DNA of 64,000 bases from a virus (IMGVR_UViG_3300025030_000042); one strand, 5' to 3'; positions 8,848-18,292 are shown, counted from the stretch's first letter. A program made the numbers and translations. The notes: generated by a model not told the origin, from the letters alone.

Positions 8848-9045
8848 TTATGTATAGGGTTCGGATTCAAACCTATAGACACCACCATCATACTCAACAT
8901 AAACTAAATAACATTTATTTTCAGATTGATTAATAAACTCAAGAGCTTCTTCTTTTTCATAGAAATGTTGAGAATATAAATCGTTGTCATTTAACTCTAT
9001 AACGAAGTATTGATTTTTTAAAAATCCATCTCCAATAAAAGGCAT
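8848..9045 (-). CDS. Hypothetical protein
   Basis: 65-aa ORF in tight operon. Confidence 0.55.
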   Translation of the reverse strand: MPFIGDGFLKNQYFVIELNDNDLYSQHFYEKEEALEFINQSENKCYLVYVEYDGGVYRFESEPYT

Positions 9046-9046
9046 C

Positions 9047-9289
9047 TTATTCCCCTATCTTAATCTTACATTTTTCAGTATTGAAAAAGATTCTTCTTTT
9101 ATCTACACCACCGAAATCGCACAAACATCTCGTAACGCCCAAATATTCGTCTCTTCCGTGCCACCAAGCATTATTCGTTTTCTCAACAGCAGAGCACAAA
9201 TCATAGCAACATTCATCCATTTTGTCAAATGGATCTCCTCCACAAGACGCAAAAAAGATCGCCGATACAATAAAAAACAATCTTTTCAT
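9047..9289 (-). CDS. Putative Cys-rich lipoprotein
   Basis: MKR plus hydrophobic stretch plus FAS-C lipobox-like motif. Confidence 0.55.
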   Translation of the reverse strand: MKRLFFIVSAIFFASCGGDPFDKMDECCYDLCSAVEKTNNAWWHGRDEYLGVTRCLCDFGGVDKRRIFFNTEKCKIKIGE

Positions 9290-9574
9290 CTATTTTTCAT
9301 TCTCTTCGCATTTCATATAATACCCATTTAATATTGCGTCTTTGATTTTTCGATCGTTTTCCTTTCGTTCATATTTTTCAATAATACGATCCAAATACCA
9401 TTTCGCTTTTTTAAGATCTTTTAAAGGTTCTTCTTTGAAAGGATGTCTGGAAACATATTTTATAATGTTTCCGGTCGCAAAATCCATATTCCAGGACTCA
9501 ATGAAATCTATTACTTCTATTCCTTGATTATAATGGGAGGGATGATTTACTTGTTCTTTTTTGTTTTCATTCAC
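9290..9574 (-). CDS. DUF3310 / SaV-like protein
   Basis: VNHPSHYN.GIEVIDFI...GNIIKYVSR...DLKKAKWYL. Confidence 0.85.
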   Translation of the reverse strand: MNENKKEQVNHPSHYNQGIEVIDFIESWNMDFATGNIIKYVSRHPFKEEPLKDLKKAKWYLDRIIEKYERKENDRKIKDAILNGYYMKCEENEK

Positions 9575-9807
9575 ATTAGCACCTTTTCTACTTGATCTAA
9601 ATCGCTTTTCCAGATTTTCGGAAACCCTTTATATTGTGGCCAGTAACATACGATTTTTATTGTTCCGTTGACCGATTCATACATTTCATATACAACACCA
9701 ACTCCAAAAAATCCATGCCACATTTCCGCTTCTCTATCAATAAACTTTACAAGATTTCCTATCTTTATCTGCTCAACAATCTTGATCTTTTTTCTTTCCT
9801 GTGTCAT
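9571..9807 (-). CDS. Small KVGDL-family protein
   Basis: IKIGNLVKF...GVGVVYE...VCYW. Confidence 0.65.
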   Translation of the reverse strand: MTQERKKIKIVEQIKIGNLVKFIDREAEMWHGFFGVGVVYEMYESVNGTIKIVCYWPQYKGFPKIWKSDLDQVEKVLM

Positions 9808-10255
9808 TCAAACTCTTTTGCGTCTGCTGATATTTTACAACACTAACTCCTCTCTTAAATAGAATCTCAAGACCGGTTGTGTCTCTATATTCTATTTCAT
9901 AAATGACAGTTTTAATGGTTGTAGCATTTATGATGGCACGAGCACATATCTTACAAGGACTATGAGTTAAATACATTTTCTTTTCTCGGACATCATCATA
10001 CGGCATTTTAATCAAACTGTTTATTTCACTATGAATCGTTCCTTCTTCGCCAGGAAGTAAAGAATCTGGTTCATTTAGTTCACTGCCACTTTCTATTCCA
10101 TTATATCCAAGACTTAAAACACAATGATTGTCAGAAGTTACAATAACACTACCAACCTTCGTTCGTGGACTATGAGATCGCTGGGCAATAATAAAAGCAA
10201 GATTCATCCAGATTGAATCCCAAGTGGGGCGATTATCTATTTTGTTGTCGGACAT
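9773..10255 (-). CDS. dCMP deaminase
   Basis: KVGSVIV, LGYNG, HSE, THSPCKIC zinc deaminase motifs. Confidence 0.9.
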   Translation of the reverse strand: MSDNKIDNRPTWDSIWMNLAFIIAQRSHSPRTKVGSVIVTSDNHCVLSLGYNGIESGSELNEPDSLLPGEEGTIHSEINSLIKMPYDDVREKKMYLTHSPCKICARAIINATTIKTVIYEIEYRDTTGLEILFKRGVSVVKYQQTQKSLNDTGKKKDQDC

Positions 10256-10473
10256 TCAACCACCCATTTTACCAACTCAATGAAATCTTTTGGAAACCCA
10301 ACATTTTCAATATTATGAAGAAATATCATATTATTTTCTATTCTACTTATTTTTCCAAGATGTCCATCAATTCCTTTTAGTTCTTTTGGAAGTTGATAAT
10401 CTTTTGGTATTCTTACGAACGCCCAATCGTTTATCTTCGGTATTCTTGATATTTCTTTCGTCATTTCTGGCAA
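10237..10473 (-). CDS. Hypothetical protein (possible divergent KVGDL-family member)
   Basis: PKINDW...LGKISRI, in tight operon. Confidence 0.55.
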   Translation of the reverse strand: MPEMTKEISRIPKINDWAFVRIPKDYQLPKELKGIDGHLGKISRIENNMIFLHNIENVGFPKDFIELVKWVVECPTTK

Positions 10474-10661
10474 ACTTTTTTAATAAAATCCAAATTATCA
10501 ACAATCTTAAATGGTTCATAATGTATTTCGGAAATATCTGCCCAATATATTCTATATGATTTTCCCTTAGCAGATAAAATCACACCAAACGCCTCTTTTT
10601 GAACATTATGAATATCATACTTCATTCTTATCAAATCACCTTGTTTATATTTCGGCGGCAT
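10461..10661 (-). CDS. Small KVGDL-family protein
   Basis: YKQGDLIRM...FGVILS...YRIYW. Likely start 10661. Confidence 0.7.
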   Translation of the reverse strand: MPPKYKQGDLIRMKYDIHNVQKEAFGVILSAKGKSYRIYWADISEIHYEPFKIVDNLDFIKKVCQK

Positions 10662-11661
10662 TGTAAGACCATTTGATTTCTTTTGTTGTATTCGTATTTT
10701 TTTGAACGGCATCAATAAAAATATTCTTAAACTCTTCTTCATTGGAACATTCATAAAGTTCATTATTCATATTGAAAAGTTTCCATACTCCGACTTCTTT
10801 AAGAATGTCCATTTTATTGACGATTAAATGTGTTGCTCCGTTGATTTGAATGGCGCGAATGAGGGAAGGTAGATCCAAATAGTTACAGAATCTTTTTCTT
10901 CCTGTCGTTGCTCCGATTTCTTTTCCAACTACCTGTAATCGCTCAAGATTTGAATCATTCGTATTCTGGAATCCTATTTTGTTTCCCACATATGTATCAT
11001 ATGATTTACACACACCTACGATATTTCTAATCCATTGGTGCGGAATACCACTCAACAACGCTCCAGCGGCAGTGGTATGAGAACTTGTAACATAAGGATA
11101 CTCTCCGATCGAAATATCAAGAAATGTTCCCTGTGCTCCCTCCATAAGAATCGTTTTTGATTTTCCATCGTGTATTTCATCATAAAAATCAACAAGATAC
11201 GACTGAAGTTCTGGAACATCTTTTGCTTGTAATCCAATGCGAGCATATTTATCGCGATATGCCGGACCAATACCTTGTTTTGTTGTGCCGATCTTTGAAT
11301 CTCGTTCGTCTTCCAAAATATTATCAAATGTAACAATGTGTGTGTTTCTTGAGATTTTCACCAAATCGTGAATGTTTTTGATGCCGGCATCATATAAAGA
11401 AGACATTTCTTCAAAAAACTTTACTGGATTTAAAACACATTCGGGACCGATAATGGATTTAATACCAAAGAATATTCCTGCCGGTAAATGGTGAAGAATG
11501 ACTTTTTCGTCATTATGATACAGCGATCCACCTGAATTACCACCGCCACTAAAACGTATTGAATGTGTATAATCTCCGTTTTTCAATAGATTGTAGCAAA
11601 TTTTTTTCTTTCCGCAATCTCCCCATTTTAAATCTATAAGAATATCAACGACTTGCGTCAT
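10645..11661 (-). CDS. purA: Adenylosuccinate synthetase (short form)
   Basis: WGDCGK, RFSGGGNSG, HHLPAG, GTTKQGIGPAY, EGAQG, YPYVTSS, GATTGRKR, NKMD. Likely start 11661. Confidence 0.9.
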   Translation of the reverse strand: MTQVVDILIDLKWGDCGKKKICYNLLKNGDYTHSIRFSGGGNSGGSLYHNDEKVILHHLPAGIFFGIKSIIGPECVLNPVKFFEEMSSLYDAGIKNIHDLVKISRNTHIVTFDNILEDERDSKIGTTKQGIGPAYRDKYARIGLQAKDVPELQSYLVDFYDEIHDGKSKTILMEGAQGTFLDISIGEYPYVTSSHTTAAGALLSGIPHQWIRNIVGVCKSYDTYVGNKIGFQNTNDSNLERLQVVGKEIGATTGRKRFCNYLDLPSLIRAIQINGATHLIVNKMDILKEVGVWKLFNMNNELYECSNEEEFKNIFIDAVQKNTNTTKEIKWSYNAAEI

Positions 11662-12002
11662 CTTAACACCTTTAGTTGCCAAATCTCTTTTGATAGTTCT
11701 TCATAATCTTCAAATTGCCCGAATAGTTTATCATCAAACATAAAACAAAAAATATCATATACTTCTTTATAAAAATCATCAAATGATTTGAACCTTTCAA
11801 AAGCCTCCAAAATAAGTTCTGCTTCTGGAAAGTATTCATCAGGCGCGCCCAAAGAAAACAACGCCATTGGATCGTGATGAGCAATAATGTCTGCGATCAT
11901 TTTTGTTGTGATGATCATTTCATTTTCCCTTGGTTGTGGATAAAATGTGTTTTCCTTGGCACAAGGCCAAATATGAGTTGTATAAGGATTTTTATCATCC
12001 AT
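11658..12002 (-). CDS. Hypothetical protein (DUF1871-like)
   Basis: DPMALF.LGAPDEY..EA motif. Confidence 0.6.
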   Translation of the reverse strand: MDDKNPYTTHIWPCAKENTFYPQPRENEMIITTKMIADIIAHHDPMALFSLGAPDEYFPEAELILEAFERFKSFDDFYKEVYDIFCFMFDDKLFGQFEDYEELSKEIWQLKVLR

Positions 12003-12366
12003 TTTCGTTTTCTGTTTCTATTTTGGTCAACCTCGTATCTTCTTCTATCGATTCAATCCCTCGTTTGGTCCAAAAAACAATACTATATTTACCAAAAACG
12101 CCTTGATAATAAACTTATCTTTTTTAGAATGACACCATGCTCTTCCTTAGAAGTCCCCACGGAACTTTTTTAACTAAATCACCGACATTTAAATCTGGAA
12201 TAGAACCCGTATGGGTATATGTATATGGAAGATTAAATACTCCTGCGGTATTGTTGCCGGTTATAGTTATAGTTCTAAACTCACTATTGTCGCCGGTAAG
12301 AAAATCCGATTGTATGTCTTCCAAGGCTTTTTTTAAAGAACAGGGTGCAATATCTTTCTTTTTCAT
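11995..12366 (-). pseudogene. ORF whose C-terminal KVGDL domain is broken by two compensating frameshifts
   Basis: IPDLNVGDLVKKVPWG in frame A, HGVILKK in frame B, YYQGVFGKYSIVFWTKRG back in frame A, ending at TGA 11995-11997 overlapping the next ATG. Confidence 0.5.
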
Positions 12367-12372
12367 TTTATG

Positions 12373-13623
12373 TTATCCCAACAGTTTCCAAGTTCTTTTG
12401 ATGGCGCCTCTCGTCGAAAAACTCCATTGAGGGCTCCAATCCGGCTTTATCATATATGGACGATTAACATATATTGTATCCTTATTTATATCAATCCCCC
12501 AACATCTTATTGATGTCTGTTTGGAGTTGCTATCAATAAGATCGACAACATAATAATCTTTTCCTTTACCGGTTTTCTTTTGTATTACATTTCGTGGGAT
12601 TGCCCACACACAATCGCAAAGTTCCGGATCATACTCGCTTATCGGCGGTATACACATTTCTTCCAGTCTTCTCAACAACTTCTCTGACATTACCATATCG
12701 AACGGAAAAATGCCAGACAAAGTTGTGGCGTGCTCGATTTTTTGTTCCTCGGAGAAGTCCGGTTGACCACGATATTCCTCAATGTTTTCAAGGAGTTGTT
12801 TTTCGGTTTTAGGACGATTAAAAACAATAGAGCACCACATATGTTTTGTATGCTCAAAACGATTGTCCATAATGGACTTTAATGATTCGGACTTCACAAG
12901 AACATCAAGAGATTTTTTGTTTAGTTTTTGATAGGAGATATTTTCATTAAACAGAAGTTCTTCAATGGTGTTGAATGGGCGATTGTTGATGATTTGTTCC
13001 ATTGCTTTGTCACCCAAGCCTTTAAGTGATGTGAAAGGCTGGACGAGCGTTTTATCGTCATTCGGATCAATCTCCCAGTTTGCGGTGGATTTATTAATAT
13101 CGCAAGGAGAGATTGTAAAGTTTAAACTTTTCACAAGATTGATGGCTTTTTCTTTTTTATCTTCTGATTCCGCGTCTAAATATGCCGAACTCCATTCAGC
13201 AGGGTAATAGTTAAGAAGATAAGCACAAGTATATGAAATGATTGAATAAGAGATCGAATGCGAACGATTAAACGAATATTTTGAAAAGAAAATCATCTTT
13301 TGCCAAAGTTCTTCAGCATCAGAAAGTTTAATCTTTTTTTCCAAACACCCATCAATAAACTTCTGATATAATCTATTTTTAACCTCTTCTTCTTTTCCAG
13401 TACCCTTCTTTGTTAATACCTTACGAAGCAATTGTCCTTCGTCAAGCGAAATATCCTTGCCGAGTTTATGAGCAATTTCAGACAACTGTTCTTGAAAAAT
13501 ACAATTATGAACTAATATATTGTTGGCAAAAAAGTTATTATTTTTTTCTACCTCTATGTCATATACTTTTTTAGGAATTTCGTTCCTTGTAATAGATTTT
13601 ATCTTTATTCTTTTGATTTCCAT
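12373..13623 (-). CDS. dnaE: DNA polymerase III alpha C-terminal half, preceded by split-intein C-fragment
   Basis: 40-aa IntC ending LVHN, then CIFQEQ, KYSFNRSHS, YPAEW and HhH/OB-fold region. Own GGGAG RBS. Confidence 0.92.
   Translation of the reverse strand: MEIKRIKIKSITRNEIPKKVYDIEVEKNNNFFANNILVHNCIFQEQLSEIAHKLGKDISLDEGQLLRKVLTKKGTGKEEEVKNRLYQKFIDGCLEKKIKLSDAEELWQKMIFFSKYSFNRSHSISYSIISYTCAYLLNYYPAEWSSAYLDAESEDKKEKAINLVKSLNFTISPCDINKSTANWEIDPNDDKTLVQPFTSLKGLGDKAMEQIINNRPFNTIEELLFNENISYQKLNKKSLDVLVKSESLKSIMDNRFEHTKHMWCSIVFNRPKTEKQLLENIEEYRGQPDFSEEQKIEHATTLSGIFPFDMVMSEKLLRRLEEMCIPPISEYDPELCDCVWAIPRNVIQKKTGKGKDYYVVDLIDSNSKQTSIRCWGIDINKDTIYVNRPYMIKPDWSPQWSFSTRGAIKRTWKLLG
13504..13623 (-). 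mobile_element. Split intein C-fragment (IntC, 40 aa)
   Basis: Block F VYDIEV..NNNFFAN, block G VHN, Cys at +1. Confidence 0.92.
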
Positions 13624-14447
13624 TTTTCTATTTCTCCCTTTCTTAAATCTTCTAAAAATTCTGTTGATAAACTTCCATAAATTCTACAAATTTCATAATT
13701 ATTTTTAATCGCTTTTTGTGTATAAAATTCATCAACATATTTTTGTTTTTTCATTCTTTGTGTTAAAACAAATTTATCTTCATTTCCGTGCCAATAATCA
13801 CCATCATATTCTATAATAAGATGTTTGTTAATAATATAAAAATCATATATATGATTAACATTATCAATTTTATACCCCGATATTATATCATCCTCACAAA
13901 CATTTTTGAGTTTATCTTCAAAATCTATTTCTTCTTGAGATCTGTTAACATTTTTTTTCATATCGTGATAAATTAACATATGATGAGATAATCCAGATCT
14001 GTATTTAAAAATCTGATTACAAATTTTACAAATTATTTTTTTTTCTTTTCCGCAAGTTGCTTTGTGTGCTCGTAAAGAAGTGTTTGTAGAAAACTCTTTA
14101 TTACAATTCTCACAATTAAAAACTCCAAATTGAATAATTTTATCTCTAAATTTTGAAGCAGTTATTTTATCTTTCCACTCTTTAGATTGTTTTCTACCTT
14201 TATATCTTCTTTTTAATAGTTCATTTGAACATTTTTTACTACAAGCAATATAACTCCTTACTCTACTCTCGGGAACTCGTTCTTTTTTTCCACACCTACG
14301 ACAATAAACATCTACTCTGTTTTTTTCATATTTATTTTTTCTAAAAAGAGATAAACATTCCTTTGAACACGTTTTTGTTATTCTTTTTGATTGAACATTT
14401 TTAACAAATTCTTTCTCGCAAACCTCACAAACAAATTGTTTATTCAT
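13605..14447 (-). CDS. Free-standing Vsr/DUF559-like endonuclease with multiple zinc-binding modules (putative homing endonuclease)
   Basis: CxxC repeats, a NUMOD3-like basic segment, C2H2/C2HC-like fingers, and RSQEE...YDFY...IIEYDGDYWHG. GAGGAGG RBS. Confidence 0.85.
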   Translation of the reverse strand: MNKQFVCEVCEKEFVKNVQSKRITKTCSKECLSLFRKNKYEKNRVDVYCRRCGKKERVPESRVRSYIACSKKCSNELLKRRYKGRKQSKEWKDKITASKFRDKIIQFGVFNCENCNKEFSTNTSLRAHKATCGKEKKIICKICNQIFKYRSGLSHHMLIYHDMKKNVNRSQEEIDFEDKLKNVCEDDIISGYKIDNVNHIYDFYIINKHLIIEYDGDYWHGNEDKFVLTQRMKKQKYVDEFYTQKAIKNNYEICRIYGSLSTEFLEDLRKGEIEKWKSKE

Positions 14448-14488
14448 ATATCAAGATCCTCCTCTTGATATATAAGTAGTTCAATTGT

Positions 14489-14779
14489 TTAATTAATTAT
14501 TAAAATTTCATCTTCAATTGATAAATCTTTAACCATTTTTAACCCATTTGAAGTATAAATTAAATGCTCTCCAGTTAATTCTATACATCCTTCTTCGGTT
14601 GAAATAGTAAAGGTTTCTTTATATCCCATAAATTTTCCATTTATTATTTTATCTTCTTCGATATATTTTTTCGTTATATTATAAGAAGGTAATAAAACAT
14701 CAAAAAGATTATTTTCTACTATATTTTCAATATTTATTTCTCCATCTTCTGTTAAAATTTTCACATCCCCCGCTAGACA
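14489..14779 (-). mobile_element. Split intein N-fragment (IntN, 96 aa)
   Basis: Block A CLAGDVKILT and block B IELTGEHLIYT (TxxH), followed by a stop codon. Confidence 0.92.
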
Positions 14780-17107
14780 ATGACCAAAAGTGGATCCCAA
14801 TATTTTTTCCAAAATCGGATGAATATATTTTATTGTATCTGGATTTTCTTTTGAATTTAGATAAAGTTTATCAACGTTTGCCTGCAAAGTTCCAGGTCGC
14901 ATGATACTTGTCACATCACTCAACTCATTTATTGAATATGGTTTAACTATTTTACAAAAGTTTTGAGCATTTTTTTCTGTAAACTGAAATATAGCAATCC
15001 AGTTTCCATTGTGAAAAGCATTTTCCCAAACATTTCTATCATTTAGATTTAATTTATCTGGATGAAGATTTTCATTATAATACTTCCAAACATCTTGTAT
15101 TTGAGGATCTGTATTATTATGATTTCGCTTTAAAATTATACGAATACATTGCTCAATAATCCGCAATGTTTTTAAACCAAGTAAATCAAATTTTAAAATT
15201 CCTCGGCGTTCCAAATGGCGAACTGCCTGCCCTTCCGTCCACGGTGAGACGCACTTTCCTCCATTATTGATCAATGGCATCCATTTATTTAAATCTTCTC
15301 CAATACAAGTTCCTCCTGCGTGAACACCATGAGAACGAACCTGACCTTGAAGTGCTTCTACTCGTTTTTTAACTTCTGGATATTGTTCAAAAAACCCACG
15401 AAGCGTTTTACTGTATCTACAATATTCCTCAAAAGTTGGAACATAAACGCCAGCAGATTGATCGTGTTCTTTTTTCGCTAATGGTATTGCTTCGCTATCC
15501 ATTTTACTCGTTACATAGTTCACTTCGCCAAATGGAATATCATAATATTTACTAATATCTTTGATAAGCGATTTTAACTGAAGAGTATTAAAGTTTGAAA
15601 TAAGAACAACGGAGTTTTCTCCCCATTCTTTAATCAAGTGTTCTTTTAGTTTTACTGGCTCGGAAAAATCTACGTCCAGATCAGGGAAGTCCACAGCATC
15701 TCTACGTAAAAAGCGTGAAAACTGAAGATTGTATTTAATCGGATCGATTTGTGTTATATCTAATACATATGCCAATAAAGTTCCCGCCCCAGAACCTCTT
15801 GCTGGTCCAATCAAACAAATCTTTCTCGCCTCCTCCACAATCGCCTTCATTGTTACAAAGTATTTTGAAAACCCTCGATCCTTTATGACATATAACTCTT
15901 CCTTCAATCTCTCAACATATTCTTTTTTCTTGTTTAACCCCTTTTTCTTCAATCCCTCGATCGCCAACTTCGCCAAATAACCGTTTTCATCTTCTCCACT
16001 TAGAACGACAAAGTTCGGCAACCTCACCTTGTTATCCGGTTCAAACTCTTCAACGAGAACGAAAGCAATATCGTGTGTTCTCTCCAATGTCTCCCGAATG
16101 AAATCATCATCATAAGAATATCCACACATCTTGGAATATTTCTTATAATCTGACCATAATTGGTCGCCGTTTTTCGGATACAAAGTATATCCGATTTCCT
16201 CAAGATTTTCGGGTATTTCGTCGCTCAGCCAAGAGGGTTTTTCGCGATTTGATTTTCCAAGCCATCCGAGGCGCTTATAAAGTTCTCGATCCCGCCAGGC
16301 ATCTGGTCTTGGATAATGCGCATCAACACAAGAAATAACTTTAAAATCATATTCTTTTGATAACTCAATAACGAGCGTATTTAATCTGTGTTGTTCTGGA
16401 ATATTATTCCATTGTAACTCGCCGAAAAAATGTTCATTACCAAATATGGAAAGCATTTTTTCTATCGGAGTTCTCATAAGTTCATAGAGTTCCGAATGGG
16501 TTTTTTCTTTATTTTGCCAGATGACTTGTGCCAAAATTCCGCCAATACACCCACTTGTAGTTATTAAACCTTCACTGTAGGTTTTAAGATTTTCATAATC
16601 AATTCTGGGATATCTATAGAAGTTATCTCCTCTGTATGAAAGAGAAATAAGCTGGAATAGATTGTTTAGTCCCGTTTGATTTTTTACTAAAGTGGTTAAA
16701 TGTCCTCTTCTGTTTATTTTATTTTTATGGTATCGGCGTAAATCTTCTTCATCTTCAAGAGAGATGGCGGAATGTTCTTCGTCTTTGTCGTTTTTCTTTT
16801 CTTTCTTATCCGCTTTATATCTCTCGTATTCAACCTTCCATTCTTCAACGGAATCAATGAAATAAAGTTCACTTCCAAAAACTTGACGAAGATACTTTCC
16901 CTCTTTTTTCAGTTTTTCATATGCTTCAAGTTGATATGTAAAACCATTCATATTACCGTGATCGGTCAGACAAAAAGCATCCAGACCGTTTTCCCAACAA
17001 TAACGCATATGTTCTTCTGGATGACCCAAGGCATCGAACGGAGAGCCAATATCGCTGTGATGATGAAGATTTACGAACTTTATTGATGGTTTTTGTCGTT
17101 CGGACAT
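14489..17107 (-). CDS. dnaE: DNA polymerase III alpha N-terminal half (PHP + palm) ending in split-intein N-fragment
   Basis: HHHSD PHP, TDHGN, GPARGSGAG, PDLDVDF, HAGG, KFDLLGLKTL, RPG motifs. Confidence 0.95.
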   Translation of the reverse strand: MSERQKPSIKFVNLHHHSDIGSPFDALGHPEEHMRYCWENGLDAFCLTDHGNMNGFTYQLEAYEKLKKEGKYLRQVFGSELYFIDSVEEWKVEYERYKADKKEKKNDKDEEHSAISLEDEEDLRRYHKNKINRRGHLTTLVKNQTGLNNLFQLISLSYRGDNFYRYPRIDYENLKTYSEGLITTSGCIGGILAQVIWQNKEKTHSELYELMRTPIEKMLSIFGNEHFFGELQWNNIPEQHRLNTLVIELSKEYDFKVISCVDAHYPRPDAWRDRELYKRLGWLGKSNREKPSWLSDEIPENLEEIGYTLYPKNGDQLWSDYKKYSKMCGYSYDDDFIRETLERTHDIAFVLVEEFEPDNKVRLPNFVVLSGEDENGYLAKLAIEGLKKKGLNKKKEYVERLKEELYVIKDRGFSKYFVTMKAIVEEARKICLIGPARGSGAGTLLAYVLDITQIDPIKYNLQFSRFLRRDAVDFPDLDVDFSEPVKLKEHLIKEWGENSVVLISNFNTLQLKSLIKDISKYYDIPFGEVNYVTSKMDSEAIPLAKKEHDQSAGVYVPTFEEYCRYSKTLRGFFEQYPEVKKRVEALQGQVRSHGVHAGGTCIGEDLNKWMPLINNGGKCVSPWTEGQAVRHLERRGILKFDLLGLKTLRIIEQCIRIILKRNHNNTDPQIQDVWKYYNENLHPDKLNLNDRNVWENAFHNGNWIAIFQFTEKNAQNFCKIVKPYSINELSDVTSIMRPGTLQANVDKLYLNSKENPDTIKYIHPILEKILGSTFGHCLAGDVKILTEDGEINIENIVENNLFDVLLPSYNITKKYIEEDKIINGKFMGYKETFTISTEEGCIELTGEHLIYTSNGLKMVKDLSIEDEILIIN

Positions 17108-17298
17108 ATAACATACCTTTCTAATGCTGACACATAATATTTTGTGAAACCATTAGGATCTTTAAACCAATAAACACTATAAAGATCACTTAAATACTTC
17201 CGTTCTATTTTAATAATAACTCCAAGGCTTACTTCTCGTAGATAGTTGATATGTTTTACAAGATCGCCAACCACAAGTTTATTCTGATTTATCTTCAT
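17080..17298 (-). CDS. Small KVGDL-family protein
   Basis: LVVGDLVKH...LGVIIKI...YSVYW. Confidence 0.7.
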   Translation of the reverse strand: MKINQNKLVVGDLVKHINYLREVSLGVIIKIERKYLSDLYSVYWFKDPNGFTKYYVSALERYVICPNDKNHQ

Positions 17299-18292
17299 TC
17301 TTATTGATCCTGTAAATCGGATTCAATTTTCTTCTAATTGGATTATATTTCCATTTGGTTTTATCACGATGATGCCGTTTACTCTCTATCGGCAGCAAAA
17401 TAGGCTCACTTCTAATCATTTCTCTTTTCTCTTTTGATTCCATATACTTACAATAGGTTTCCCAACTGTCAATGGTATAATACCACGGAATCTCTATTCG
17501 CACAATGTTTTCTTCGTCTTCAAACTGGAAAACATCATCCAGAGTATAAACATCTTTAACCACATATTTATCTGCCGATCTATGAATGGTAAAAACTTCG
17601 TGGACAACAGAACGATTTTTAACTTCTATTATATTGTTTGAATATGTTTTCCGCGAAGCATTTAAAAGCTTTTTCTTTATTCTGACAACATCTTTGTATA
17701 GAATAATAAAACCCGTATAAAGTCCTTGTTCAACGGTTTGTCCCTTGTATGATAACAAAACCGTCTTATTATTTTTCATAACATTTCTACTGGAAAAATC
17801 AATCGTCTCTGAAGAATATACACCATAAGGAAATGAAACATAAAATCGTGTTGGAGATATCCACTTTGTTATATTACGACTAATGTTGTGGGCAACCGTT
17901 GCTCCATAAATAACACTCCAAGCAAAACTATTCATTGTTTTGTGTTGAAGAGTCTTTATTGGAATATAAAAGATCGGTATTTTTCTCTCATACTTTGCCG
18001 CCATTCTTATAGAAATGAACTTTCCCTTTTCTATTGACTCCGGATCTTTTAGCCATTCACCGATTCTGTATTTTAATAAAGGTTGAATGTCATCATTACA
18101 AATGATCCAAATCGTTTTACAACCAGCGCGAGCAAGTTCCATCAGACATTTTTCAATGGCAACCAAATCTCTGCCAATCGGCATCATACATTCGGGCCAC
18201 TCAAACCCAAAATCAAGCGCACCTCCAGCAACCGGAATGATCCCCGCCAAGTGATCGTGCGATGATCTTGCGCGTATTCTTTCTTCAGACAT
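17279..18292 (-). CDS. Divergent sugar-phosphate nucleotidyltransferase-like protein
   Basis: GIIPVAGG...PECMMPIG...AGCKTIWII resembles the NTP_transferase N-terminus. The canonical GxGTR motif is absent. Confidence 0.55.
   Translation of the reverse strand: MSEERIRARSSHDHLAGIIPVAGGALDFGFEWPECMMPIGRDLVAIEKCLMELARAGCKTIWIICNDDIQPLLKYRIGEWLKDPESIEKGKFISIRMAAKYERKIPIFYIPIKTLQHKTMNSFAWSVIYGATVAHNISRNITKWISPTRFYVSFPYGVYSSETIDFSSRNVMKNNKTVLLSYKGQTVEQGLYTGFIILYKDVVRIKKKLLNASRKTYSNNIIEVKNRSVVHEVFTIHRSADKYVVKDVYTLDDVFQFEDEENIVRIEIPWYYTIDSWETYCKYMESKEKREMIRSEPILLPIESKRHHRDKTKWKYNPIRRKLNPIYRINKNEDKSE

Noticed and set aside
10645-11661. PurZ / 2-aminoadenine (Z-genome) pathway
   Set aside because: The PurA catalytic Asp (WGD) and the TTGR Arg are retained, whereas PurZ has Ser and a different residue there. 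No DatZ- or MazZ-like gene was recognised in the window.
13605-14488. Group I intron or cis intein interrupting dnaE
   Set aside because: IntN ends in a stop, IntC has its own RBS and ATG, and the gaps around the endonuclease ORF are too short for a ribozyme core.
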